Source: Chloroflexota bacterium
GTDB lineage: Bacteria > Chloroflexota > Limnocylindria > Limnocylindrales > CSP1-4
Length of the DNA: 63,454 nt
Assembly (NCBI GenBank): GCA_034434735.1
Contig: DAOTYQ010000180.1
Coordinates: 1-63,454 of the forward strand
Reading direction: 5' to 3'
Below, piece after piece: positions 10,301 to 17,919 of this stretch (its first letter is position 1; each line of letters begins with the position of its first letter). The notes under the pieces were generated by a model. It was given only the letters and a program-made list of their open reading frames with translations. It had not been told where the DNA came from and made no database searches. The position numbers were made by a program, and so were the translations under genes.

Positions 10301-10703
10301 CGAGCCCGACGGCCGGGTCCGGGTCGGCGACGTCGTCCTCGCCCCCGACGAGGTCGAGGTCGTTGCCGCGCCCCGGCCGGGCCGGGCGGTCGCCCACGCC
10401 GACGGGATCGTCGTCGCCATCGATACCGAGCTGACGCCCGAGCTCCTCGTCGAAGGCGACGCCCGGGAGTTGGCGCGGGCGATCTTCGACCTCCGGCGGA
10501 CGGCCGAACTCGAGTTCGACGACCCGATCGAGCTCTGGATCCACCCCCTCCCGGATGGCCTGGGGCCGCACCTTACCGCCGTCGCCGAGGAGACCCTCGC
10601 CGTCCGCTGGGCCGGCGACCGGCCGCCGGTCGGGCTCCCCCAGCAGCAGGTGGAGCTCAGCTCGGGCGCCATCACCGTCGCTCTCCGGCGCGCGGATGAC
10701 TGA
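7377..10703 (+). CDS. ileS: isoleucine--tRNA ligase (type 2-like)
   Basis: GTG 7377 gives MFRPVPSKPDLIAQEHEMLALW. Class I aaRS motifs PMGVHHAWGR (HIGH-like) and PMHKSWGN (KMSKS-like). WCPRCGT and CWRCGT zinc knuckles. WMISKKRYWGLALPIY. The ORF-track extension 7119-7376 is Arg-rich and overlaps the divergent promoter region. Confidence 0.85.
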   Translation: MFRPVPSKPDLIAQEHEMLALWRERKTFERLRAQNADGPRWSFLDGPITANNPMGVHHAWGRTYKDLFQRFRAMLGHAQRWQNGFDCQGLWVEVNVERELGFTSKRDIEAFGIAEFVSLCKQRVLTYAARQTGQSIRLGYWMDWNDPDELRRLRDLLAEDPARVITVEGPHGPVTDTVEMIVGRLGMPELGGSYFTFSNENNDLIWWFLKSCHQKGWLYKGHDTMPWCPRCGTGISQMEMNEGYQDRDDPGLTVRFPLLDRPGEALLVWTTTPWTLTANVAAAVHPDLPYVLVREGERRLWLARGTLERALVGDYEILEERRGAELVGWRYAGPFDDLPAVEATFAAAPGGRYEHRVVAWDEVGEDEGTGIVHVAPGCGTEDYTLGKALGLPMLAPLDEFGVFVDGYGSLSGRDVREVTEPIIERLRATGRFYRLEVYRHRYPHCWRCGTPLVFRLVDEWYISMGPVYDQPRETLTREQVEASLRYQIMEVVDQIRWIPGFGYERELDWLRNMQDWMISKKRYWGLALPIYDCANCGTFEVIGGRDELRARAVEGWERFEGHTPHRPWVDAVKIACRGCGQPVGRIPDVGNPWLDAGIVPFSTLHYRIDPEYWRRWYPADFITESFPGQFRNWFYALLAMGTVLRREPPFKTIFGYATLLGEDGRPMHKSWGNAIEFDEAAERMGVDVMRWLFVKQRPEENILFGWHAADEARRELLVLWNTYAFFVTYARLAGWTPASPAPSVGERSLLDRWILSRAGWLAATVEDRLRDYDAMRAAAAVAEYIDDLSTWYLRLSRDRMRRRADPTAQASAFATLHDALVVGARVVAPMLPFLAEAMYQNLVVAVDPARPDSVHLTRWPTAEVAGYRDEALEAAMGVARRIVELARTLRGTAGIRVRQPLARLWVALPDREVPHLDELLELVRDEVNVKAVERIADEHELVERRVRPILPKIGPRLGPRVPEVVAAIKAGHFEIEPDGRVRVGDVVLAPDEVEVVAAPRPGRAVAHADGIVVAIDTELTPELLVEGDARELARAIFDLRRTAELEFDDPIELWIHPLPDGLGPHLTAVAEETLAVRWAGDRPPVGLPQQQVELSSGAITVALRRADD

Positions 10704-11202
10704 GGCGTCGGCGGTGGCGGCACGGGCCGGGCGGCGCTGGTGGCTCTTCCTCGGCCTGGCCGCCCTCGTCGTCGCCGTCGATCAGACGACGAAGAGCTGG
10801 CTCGTCGCTCGGCTCGCGCCCGGCGAGTCGGTGTCCGTCGCCGGCGATTGGCTCCGCCTCGTCCACGGCCGGAATACCGGCGGCCTCTTCGGCCTCTTCG
10901 GCGGTCAGGCCGAGGTCCTCGCCCTCGTCTCCCTCGCCGTCATCGGCCTCATCGTCGTCTACCATGCTCGGGCGATGCCGAGCCCCTTCCTCAGCGTCAC
11001 CCTCGGACTCTTGCTCGGCGGCGCCGTCGGCAACCTGATCGACCGGCTCCGGCTCGGCTACGTCGTCGACTTCGTCGATGCCGGGATCGGCGATCTCCGC
11101 TGGTACACCTTCAACGTCGCCGATGCGGCGATCAGCTTCGCCCTCCTCGGCCTGATCGCCATCGCCGTCTGGCCGGAGCTCGGCCGGGACCGTCGTGCGT
11201 GA
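10696..11202 (+). CDS. lspA: lipoprotein signal peptidase II
   Basis: DQTTKSW...RNTGGLFGLF...GGAVGNLIDRLRLGYVVDF...FNVADAAISF. ATG 10696 overlaps the ileS stop by 8 nt. Confidence 0.92.
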   Translation: MTEASAVAARAGRRWWLFLGLAALVVAVDQTTKSWLVARLAPGESVSVAGDWLRLVHGRNTGGLFGLFGGQAEVLALVSLAVIGLIVVYHARAMPSPFLSVTLGLLLGGAVGNLIDRLRLGYVVDFVDAGIGDLRWYTFNVADAAISFALLGLIAIAVWPELGRDRRA

Positions 11203-12172
11203 GCCGGCGCCGGGCCGACGCGTCCTCGTCGTCCCCGAGGGAGGGGAGCCGCGGCGGGCCGATCGCTTCGTTGCCGACGCCACGGGGCTCTCGCGAAGCT
11301 ACGTCCAGCGGCTCATCGCCGAGGGCCGCCTCACGGCCGAGGGTCGCCGGCTCCGAGCTCGCGACGTCCTCCGGCCCGGCACGATCGTCGAGCTCGACGT
11401 CCCGCCCGTCCGGCCTCCGGAGCACCTCGAGCCCGATCCCACCATCCCGCTCCGGGTCGTCTACGAGGACGACGACCTCCTCGTCGTCGACAAGCCGGCC
11501 GGGCTCGTCGTCCACCCGGCACCCGGCCACCCGGCCGGGACGCTCGTCAACGCCCTCCTCGCCCGGGGCGACCGCTACGGGGGGATCGCCGGCGTCGGGC
11601 GGCCCGGTCTCGTCCACCGGCTCGACCGGGACACCTCGGGCCTCCTCATGGTCGCCAAGCACGACGCGGCCCAGCAGAGCCTCATGGCCCAGCTCAAGGC
11701 CCGCCGGGTGAAGAAGACGTACCTCGCCCTCGTCGCCGGGGAGGTGGCCGCGGCCGTCGGCCGGATCGAGGCGCCCCTCGGTCGCGATCCGCGGGACCGG
11801 CGACGGGTCGCGGTCGTCCCCGACGGGCGGCCGGCGGTGACCGGCTACCGGGTCCGGGAGCGGTTCCCCGGTTGGACGCTCCTCGAGGTCGATCTCGTCA
11901 CCGGGCGGACCCACCAGATCCGAGTCCACCTGGCCGCCATCGGCCACCCGGTCGCCGGCGACCAGGTCTACGGGACCGGGGTCGCCCGAACCGGTCCGCC
12001 GGGGCTGGGGCGGCTCTTCCTCCATGCCTGGCGGCTCGAGTTCACGAGCCCCTCGTCGGGCCGGCTCCTCCGACTGACGGCCGAGCTGCCGCCCGAGTTG
12101 GAGGCGGTCCTGGAGGGCTGTCGCCGTGCGGCCGACACCCTCGTCGGCGTGGGGGAGGGGAGGGGTGGCTGA
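11195..12172 (+). CDS. rluD: RluA-family 23S rRNA pseudouridine synthase (RluD-like) with S4 domain
   Basis: RADRFVADATGLSRSYVQRLI (S4 domain). VVYEDDDLLVVDKPAGLVVHP...HRLDRDTSGLLMVAKH...KTYLALV...TGRTHQIRVHL. Confidence 0.9.
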   Translation: MREPAPGRRVLVVPEGGEPRRADRFVADATGLSRSYVQRLIAEGRLTAEGRRLRARDVLRPGTIVELDVPPVRPPEHLEPDPTIPLRVVYEDDDLLVVDKPAGLVVHPAPGHPAGTLVNALLARGDRYGGIAGVGRPGLVHRLDRDTSGLLMVAKHDAAQQSLMAQLKARRVKKTYLALVAGEVAAAVGRIEAPLGRDPRDRRRVAVVPDGRPAVTGYRVRERFPGWTLLEVDLVTGRTHQIRVHLAAIGHPVAGDQVYGTGVARTGPPGLGRLFLHAWRLEFTSPSSGRLLRLTAELPPELEAVLEGCRRAADTLVGVGEGRGG

Positions 12173-12938
12173 GCTCGGGTCGAAGAGGGTCGCCGTGCCC
12201 GACGGCCGCGCCGAGGCCGCTCCGTCGGCGGCTGCGGCGGCCCCGTCGGCGCCGTCGTCGGCGTCGGGCGGCGCCCCGCCGGCGGCTTCGGCGCCGCCCG
12301 GGCTCCTGGCAGCCAGTCCGCCGGGCGCCGTCGAGGGTGCGCCCGGCGCCCTCCTCGTCATCATCTCGGGACCATCTGGGGTCGGCAAGGACACGATCAT
12401 CGCCGCCCTCCGGGAGCGGCATCGCCGGCCCGACTACCACTACGTCGTGACCTGCACGACACGGGCGCCTCGGCCGGGCGAGACACCCGGCCGGAGCTAC
12501 CACTTCCTGAGCCCGGACGAGTTCGCCGCCCTCCGGGCGGCCGACGGGTTGCTCGAGGCCAACGAGGTCCACGGCAACTGGTACGGGACGCCGCGGGCCG
12601 AGGTCGCCCAGGCCCTCGCCGCCGGGCGCGACGTCATCCTCAAGATCGACGTCCAGGGCGCCCAGGTCGTGAAGGAGCGGGTCCCCGACGCCCTCCTCAT
12701 CTTCGTCGTGCCACCGTCCCTCGAGGAGCTCTTCCAGCGGCTCCGGAGCCGAGCGACGGAGAGCGCCGACGAGCTGGAGCTCCGCCAGCGGAACGCGGCC
12801 ATCGAGCTCGCCCGAAAAGACGACTACGACTACGTCGTCGTGAACGAGACGGGCCAGGTGGATCGGACGGCGGCGGTCATCGATGCCATCGTGACCGTCG
12901 AGAAGCGCAAGCACCCGACCCGCCGGATCCGCGTCTGA
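12165..12938 (+). CDS. gmk: guanylate kinase with Ala/Pro-rich N-terminal extension
   Basis: LLVIISGPSGVGKDTII...TTRAPRPGETPGRSYHFLS...EANEVHGNWYGTP. Start ambiguous: in-frame GTGs at 12126, 12165 and 12195. 12165 overlaps the rluD stop. Confidence 0.85.
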   Translation: MAELGSKRVAVPDGRAEAAPSAAAAAPSAPSSASGGAPPAASAPPGLLAASPPGAVEGAPGALLVIISGPSGVGKDTIIAALRERHRRPDYHYVVTCTTRAPRPGETPGRSYHFLSPDEFAALRAADGLLEANEVHGNWYGTPRAEVAQALAAGRDVILKIDVQGAQVVKERVPDALLIFVVPPSLEELFQRLRSRATESADELELRQRNAAIELARKDDYDYVVVNETGQVDRTAAVIDAIVTVEKRKHPTRRIRV

Positions 12939-12949
12939 GGGCCGCGCCA

Positions 12950-15706
12950 GTGGCCGATCGGGATGCCGAGCTCGACGGCACGGGTGCGGCGTCGGCCCTC
13001 GAGGGCGCCGGCTCGCCCGGCGGGGGCGGGGGCGTCGATGACGCGTCGGGAGCGGGGTCTGCGTCGGCGTCGAGGGGGGAGGTCGCCGGCTACGTTCGGG
13101 TCGCCGTCGACCTGCCCGGCCCGGCCGGTCTCGAACCGCTCACCTACCACGTCCCCGAGGCGCTCGGCGACCTGGCTCCCGGCGAGGCCGTCGTCGTCGA
13201 GGTCGGCCGGCGCCAGGTCGTCGGGGTCGTCGTCGATCGGACGACGAGCACGGACCGGGCGACCAAGCCGGTTCGGCGTCGGGTCCGTTCGGACGGGCCC
13301 CTCCTGCCGCCACTCACCCTCGAGCTGGCCGGCTGGGTGAGCCGGCACTATCTCGCCCCCCTGGCAACGGTCATCCGGGCCCTCCTGCCGCCCGGGCTCC
13401 TCGACCGGCTCGAGCTCGTCGCCGAGCTGACCCCGGCCGGGCGCCGTGCCCTCGAGGCGTCGGCCGCGGGATCCGCAGGGGTCGGCGGAGTCGAGGGGGC
13501 CGGAGCGCTAGCGGCGGGTGCGGCCGAGGGGGCGCCGCGGCCCGGGGTAGCCGGAGGGGCCCGGCGGGCCGACGGAGCCGACGGAGCGGCGCGGACCGGA
13601 GCCGCCGGCGTCGGGGAGGCCGAGCGGGTGCTCCTCGCTGCCCTGGCCGCCGGACCACGCCCGGTCCGGACCCTTCCGTCGGCGGGCGGTCGGGTCGATC
13701 CGGTCCGGCGGCTCCGGCGCCTGGAGCAGGCCGGCTCCGTCGCCCTCCACTGGGGGCTCGTCGGGGCGACGGCGGGACCGCGTCTCGTCCGCTGGGCTCG
13801 GCTGACGGAGGCGGGACGGCTCGCTGCGGCGGCGCTCGCCGAGCCGGCGGCGCCGGGTCCCGACGGTGGCGGCCCATCGCCGGCCGGGGTCGGGTCGGGA
13901 CGACCGCTCGGCCCCCGCCAGCGGGCCCTCCTCGTCGACCTCGCCGGGGCCGGTCCCGACGGCCGCCCGGCCGCCGAACTGGCCGACCGGCACGGCGCGG
14001 GAGCCCTCGCCGGGCTCGTTCGGCGGGGCCTCGTCGAGTTGGAGACCCGGGTCGTCGAGCGCCGGCCGCTGGCCGGACGGCCGGCCTCGAAGCGGGGGTC
14101 GCGGCCGGCGGCGGCACCCCTGACGGCCGCCCAGGCAGCCGCCGTCGCGGCCATCGACCGGGCGATGGCCGAACGCGACCCGACCCCGATCCTCCTCGAC
14201 GGGGTCACCGGGGCGGGCAAGACGGCCATCTACGCGGCGGCCATCGCCCGCGCGCTCGCGGCCGGGCGGCCGGCCCTCGTCCTCGTTCCGGAGATCCCCC
14301 TCGCCCTGCCCCTCGTCGATCGGCTCCGGACCGATCTGACGGCGTCGGTCGCTCTCCTCCACTCCGGCCTCAGCGAGGGCGAGCGGGCCGACGAGTGGCG
14401 GCGGATCCGGGCCGGCGGAGCCGAGGTCGTCGTCGGGACCCGGATCGCCGTCGGCGCGCCGCTCGCCGACGTCGGCCTCGTCGTCGTCGACGAGGAGCAC
14501 GATCCAGCCTACAAGAGCGACCGCACGCCGCGACTCCAGGCCCGGGACGTCGCCATCGAGCTCGCCCGGTTGGCCGGGGCGGCCTGCGTCCTCGGCAGCG
14601 CGACGCCGGCCGTCGACTCGGTCGGCCACGCTCGGGCCGGGCGGTACCGTCGCTTCGTCCTACCCGAGCGGCCGGCGGGGGCGCTGCCGACCGTCGAGGT
14701 TGTCGACCTGCGGGCCGAGCTGGCGGCGGGAAACCGGGCGATGCTGAGTCGGCAACTGGCCGCCGCGCTGGCCGGTCTCGACACCCGGGCCGGCGAACGG
14801 GCGATCCTCGTCATCAATCGGCGCGGGACCGCCTCCGTCGTCCTCTGCCGGGACTGCGGCGAGGTCCTCGTCTGTCCGGAGTGCAGCCGCCCCCTCGTCT
14901 ACCACCAGCCGGGGACCCTCCTCCGCTGCCACATCTGCGGGCTCGCCCGACCGACGGTCGATCGCTGCCCGGCCTGCGGCTCCCCGCGGATCCGCTACCT
15001 CGGAGGCGGGACGGAACGGGTCGAGCGGGAGGTCCGGAGCCGGTTCCCCACCCTCCGGGTCGGCCGGCTCGACCGGGACGTCGCGGAGCGGCGAAGCGCC
15101 GCCGCCGCCGTCCTCGACGCCTTCGCCGCCGGAGCCCTCGACGTCCTCGTCGGGACGAGCCTCGTCGCCAAGGGGATCGACGTCCCGGAGGTCACCCTCG
15201 TCGGGATCGTCTCGGCCGACGTCGCCCTCCACCTGCCCGACGAACGGGCGGCGGAGCGGACGTACCAGCTCCTCGTCCAGGCGATCGGTCGGGCCGGTCG
15301 GGGCGAGCGCCCGGGTCGGGCGATCATCCAGACCTACCAGCCCGAGCACCCGGCCATCGTCGCCGTCGCCGAGCAGCGCTCCGCGTCGTTCTACGACGCC
15401 GAGCTCGCGCTCCGCGAGCGGTTCCGATCGCCGCCCTTCGGCCGGCTCGTCAAGCTCGTCGTCGCCCTCCCCGATCGAGAGGCGGCCCGCGCCGAGGCCG
15501 AACGCCTGGCGGCCGAGCTTCGGAACCGGGCGGCCGACAGCGGCGGGCGCCTGACGGTCAGCGGGCCGGCGCCGGCCTTCGTTGCCCGGCGGAACGGGCG
15601 CTGGCGGTTCGTCCTCGTCCTCCGGGGCGACGACCCGGTCGCCGCCCTCGGGCAGCCCCTGGGTCCGCCCTGGTCGGTCGACGTCGATCCCGAGAGCACG
15701 CTCTGA
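12950..15706 (+). CDS. priA: primosomal protein N' (replication restart helicase PriA), N-terminally expanded
   Basis: Walker A LLDGVTGAGKTAIY. VVVDEEHDPAYK. Cys4 zinc fingers CRDCGEVLVCPECSRPLVYHQ...CHICG...CPACGS. Walker A lies near residue 420. Confidence 0.9.
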   Translation: MADRDAELDGTGAASALEGAGSPGGGGGVDDASGAGSASASRGEVAGYVRVAVDLPGPAGLEPLTYHVPEALGDLAPGEAVVVEVGRRQVVGVVVDRTTSTDRATKPVRRRVRSDGPLLPPLTLELAGWVSRHYLAPLATVIRALLPPGLLDRLELVAELTPAGRRALEASAAGSAGVGGVEGAGALAAGAAEGAPRPGVAGGARRADGADGAARTGAAGVGEAERVLLAALAAGPRPVRTLPSAGGRVDPVRRLRRLEQAGSVALHWGLVGATAGPRLVRWARLTEAGRLAAAALAEPAAPGPDGGGPSPAGVGSGRPLGPRQRALLVDLAGAGPDGRPAAELADRHGAGALAGLVRRGLVELETRVVERRPLAGRPASKRGSRPAAAPLTAAQAAAVAAIDRAMAERDPTPILLDGVTGAGKTAIYAAAIARALAAGRPALVLVPEIPLALPLVDRLRTDLTASVALLHSGLSEGERADEWRRIRAGGAEVVVGTRIAVGAPLADVGLVVVDEEHDPAYKSDRTPRLQARDVAIELARLAGAACVLGSATPAVDSVGHARAGRYRRFVLPERPAGALPTVEVVDLRAELAAGNRAMLSRQLAAALAGLDTRAGERAILVINRRGTASVVLCRDCGEVLVCPECSRPLVYHQPGTLLRCHICGLARPTVDRCPACGSPRIRYLGGGTERVEREVRSRFPTLRVGRLDRDVAERRSAAAAVLDAFAAGALDVLVGTSLVAKGIDVPEVTLVGIVSADVALHLPDERAAERTYQLLVQAIGRAGRGERPGRAIIQTYQPEHPAIVAVAEQRSASFYDAELALRERFRSPPFGRLVKLVVALPDREAARAEAERLAAELRNRAADSGGRLTVSGPAPAFVARRNGRWRFVLVLRGDDPVAALGQPLGPPWSVDVDPESTL

Positions 15707-15870
15707 CGACCGGCCGTCGCTGCTGGACCGGCCGGGCCATGGGCTCGCTTCGGGACAGGTGGCAGATGCCGGCCGCGCGGCGATGGGAGAGAATAGGCCG
15801 AAGCGATGCTCCAGGTCCGCGGGGATCGGTCCGTGGGCACCGACCATCGCCAGCGCGAATGGAGGCTGCC

Positions 15871-16317
15871 ATGAACGAGACGACGCAGGAACACGAGCAC
15901 CCGACCCAGACGACCGAGGGTCCGACGGAAGAGTACGCCTTCACCGGCGCCGACACGGCGGCCGGGAGCGGGCCAGAGGGCGACGACGAAACGAGCCGGG
16001 CGCGGGCGAAGGAGTGGCTCGCCCAGCTCGAGCAGATGATCGAATCCCTGGCGACCCAAGCGGCGCCGGTCATCCGTCAGGTCGGCGCCAAAGCTGCCGA
16101 GCTGGCCGCCCTGGCCGCCGAGAAGGCCGGGCCGATCGCCCACCGGGCGGCCGAGTTGACCGAGGTGGCCGGGGCGAAGGTGGCCGAGCGGTCGCGGCAC
16201 CTGGCCGAGGAGCTCCGCGGCGAGCGCGAGACGCCGAGCGGCGGCGCCGCGACGGCCGGCGGGTCCGAGGGCGGCGCCACGAGCGAGTCGGGCGAGGGCG
16301 GCGAGCGGTCCGCCTAA
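15871..16317 (+). CDS. hypothetical Ala/Glu-rich helical protein
   Basis: ATG 15871 with GGAGG 5 nt upstream. MNETTQEHEHPTQ...AKEWLAQLEQMIESLATQAAPVIRQVGAKAAELAALAAEKAGPIAHRAAEL. Strong GC3 bias. No family recognised. Confidence 0.55.
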   Translation: MNETTQEHEHPTQTTEGPTEEYAFTGADTAAGSGPEGDDETSRARAKEWLAQLEQMIESLATQAAPVIRQVGAKAAELAALAAEKAGPIAHRAAELTEVAGAKVAERSRHLAEELRGERETPSGGAATAGGSEGGATSESGEGGERSA

Positions 16318-16327
16318 TCGGCTCCCG

Positions 16328-16333
16328 TATACT
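16328..16333 (+). promoter_or_regulatory. -10 candidate TATACT placed for a leaderless def transcript
   Basis: The hexamer ends 7 nt before the A of the def ATG (16340). No SD in between. Confidence 0.4.
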
Positions 16334-16339
16334 CGGCCC

Positions 16340-16852
16340 ATGAGCGTCCGACCCATCGTCCTCCTCGGAGACCCGCGGCTGCGGCTCAAGGGTCAACCCG
16401 TCGACAGCTTCAACGCCTACCTCCACGAACTCCTCGACGACCTGACCGATACGATGCGCCACGCGCCCGGGGTCGGCCTCGCCGCGCCCCAGATCGGCGA
16501 GCCGCTCCAGGCCTGCGTCATCGAGGTCGACGGCCGGCTCCACGAGCTCGTCAACCCGCGGATCGTCCGGGCCGTCGGCGAGGACCGCGATCTCGAGGGC
16601 TGCCTCTCCATCCCTGGCTACGTCGCCTACGTGACCCGCAAGGAACGGGTCTGGGTCGTGGCCCAGAACCGCTTCGGCCGCAAGATCAAGGTCGCCGGTT
16701 CGGGCCTCCTCGGGCGCGCCCTCCAGCACGAGCTCGACCACCTGGAGGGCAAGCTCTACATCGACTACCTCGACTCCCTCGACGAGCTCATCCCGGTCGG
16801 AACGGCCGAGGAGGACGAGTCGATCCGAGGGGCGACGGGAGCCCTCGCCTGA
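16340..16852 (+). CDS. def: peptide deformylase
   Basis: All three motifs present: GVGLAAPQIG, EGCLSIPG, HELDHLEG. No SD. ATG lies 7 nt after a TATACT box, so the mRNA may be leaderless. Confidence 0.95.
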   Translation: MSVRPIVLLGDPRLRLKGQPVDSFNAYLHELLDDLTDTMRHAPGVGLAAPQIGEPLQACVIEVDGRLHELVNPRIVRAVGEDRDLEGCLSIPGYVAYVTRKERVWVVAQNRFGRKIKVAGSGLLGRALQHELDHLEGKLYIDYLDSLDELIPVGTAEEDESIRGATGALA

Positions 16853-17919
16853 CGGAGGCGGCGAACCAGCCCCGCAGCGGCCGAACGGCGGCCGGGCCGG
16901 AGCGACGGGTCCGGGCCGTCTTCCTCGGCAGCGGGCCCTTCGGCCTGCCGTCCCTCGAGCGGCTGGCCGCCCGCCGCGACGTCGAGCTCGTCGCCGTCGT
17001 CACCGCTCCGCCGCGACCAGCCGGCCGCCACCGACGCCCGACCCCGACCCCGATCGGGGCCTGGGCGGCGGCCCACGGGTTCGCCGTCTTGGCGCCGGCT
17101 CGGCTCCGATCCCCCGACGCCATCGCGGCGATCCTCGCCCTCGGGCCCGAGCTGGCCGTCCTCGCCGACTACGGTCAGATCGTCCCGCCGCCGCTCCTCG
17201 AGCTCCCTTTCGGTGCCCTCAACCTCCACCCCTCGCTCCTCCCTCGCCACCGCGGGGCGGCGCCGGTGGCGGCGGCGATCCTCGCCGGCGACCGCGAGAC
17301 GGGGGTCACCCTCTTTCGGATGGACGCCGGCCTCGACAGCGGACCCATCGTCGCCCGTCGGGTCGTGCCGATCGCCCCCGACGACACGGCGGCGACCCTG
17401 GAAGCGCGCCTCGCCCTCGTCGCCGCCGACCTCCTCGATGACGTCCTGGCCGCCTGGCTCCGTGGCGAGATGGCGGCCGTGCCCCAGCCGTCGGCCGGGG
17501 CGACGCTGACGCGACCGCTCCGGCGCGACGACGGCCGCCTCGACCCCTTCCGCCCGGCCGCCGAGCTCGAGCGGCAGGTCCGGGCCTTCCAGCCCTGGCC
17601 GGGCGCCTTCCTGGAGACGGCGACGAGCCGGCTCATCGTCCACGCCGCCCGGGTCGAGCCGTCGGAGCCCGACGACGAGCCCGGCCGGCTCGTCGCCAGC
17701 GGCGACGGTCTCGCCCTCGCGACCCGGGCCGGTCGGCTCCGGCTCGAGCGGGTCCAGCCGGCCGGTGGACGGGTCATGAGCGGCGCCGAGTATCGGCGCG
17801 GCCGTCCGAGGCTCGTCGGAACGACGGTCCCGGCGAGCCGCCCGGAGCCGGCCGTCCGAGACGGGTCCTCGGATGGGAGGCCACCGGCCGACGGCAGCTC
17901 GGAGGGGTCGCTACGATGA
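16849..17919 (+). CDS. fmt: methionyl-tRNA formyltransferase (no canonical start; CTG 16849 proposed)
   Basis: RAVFLGSGPFGLPSLERLA...VVTAPPRPAGR...NLHPSLLPRHRGAAPV...GVTLFRMDAGLDSGPI. The frame is open from 16318, but the first ATG/GTG/TTG is TTG 17089, about 80 codons into the conserved N-domain. CTG 16849 overlaps the def TGA (CTGA) and has GGGAG 7 nt upstream. Confidence 0.85.
   Translation: MTEAANQPRSGRTAAGPERRVRAVFLGSGPFGLPSLERLAARRDVELVAVVTAPPRPAGRHRRPTPTPIGAWAAAHGFAVLAPARLRSPDAIAAILALGPELAVLADYGQIVPPPLLELPFGALNLHPSLLPRHRGAAPVAAAILAGDRETGVTLFRMDAGLDSGPIVARRVVPIAPDDTAATLEARLALVAADLLDDVLAAWLRGEMAAVPQPSAGATLTRPLRRDDGRLDPFRPAAELERQVRAFQPWPGAFLETATSRLIVHAARVEPSEPDDEPGRLVASGDGLALATRAGRLRLERVQPAGGRVMSGAEYRRGRPRLVGTTVPASRPEPAVRDGSSDGRPPADGSSEGSLR

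Noticed and set aside
16780-16860. A def-fmt fusion (and similarly KH-rimM, nusA-ylxR) made by programmed -1 frameshifting, since each downstream gene is in the -1 frame.
   Set aside because: I saw no slippery X-XXY-YYZ heptamer or downstream structure near the junctions. A CTG within a CTGA overlap plus an upstream SD-like GGGAG is a simpler explanation for two of the three.
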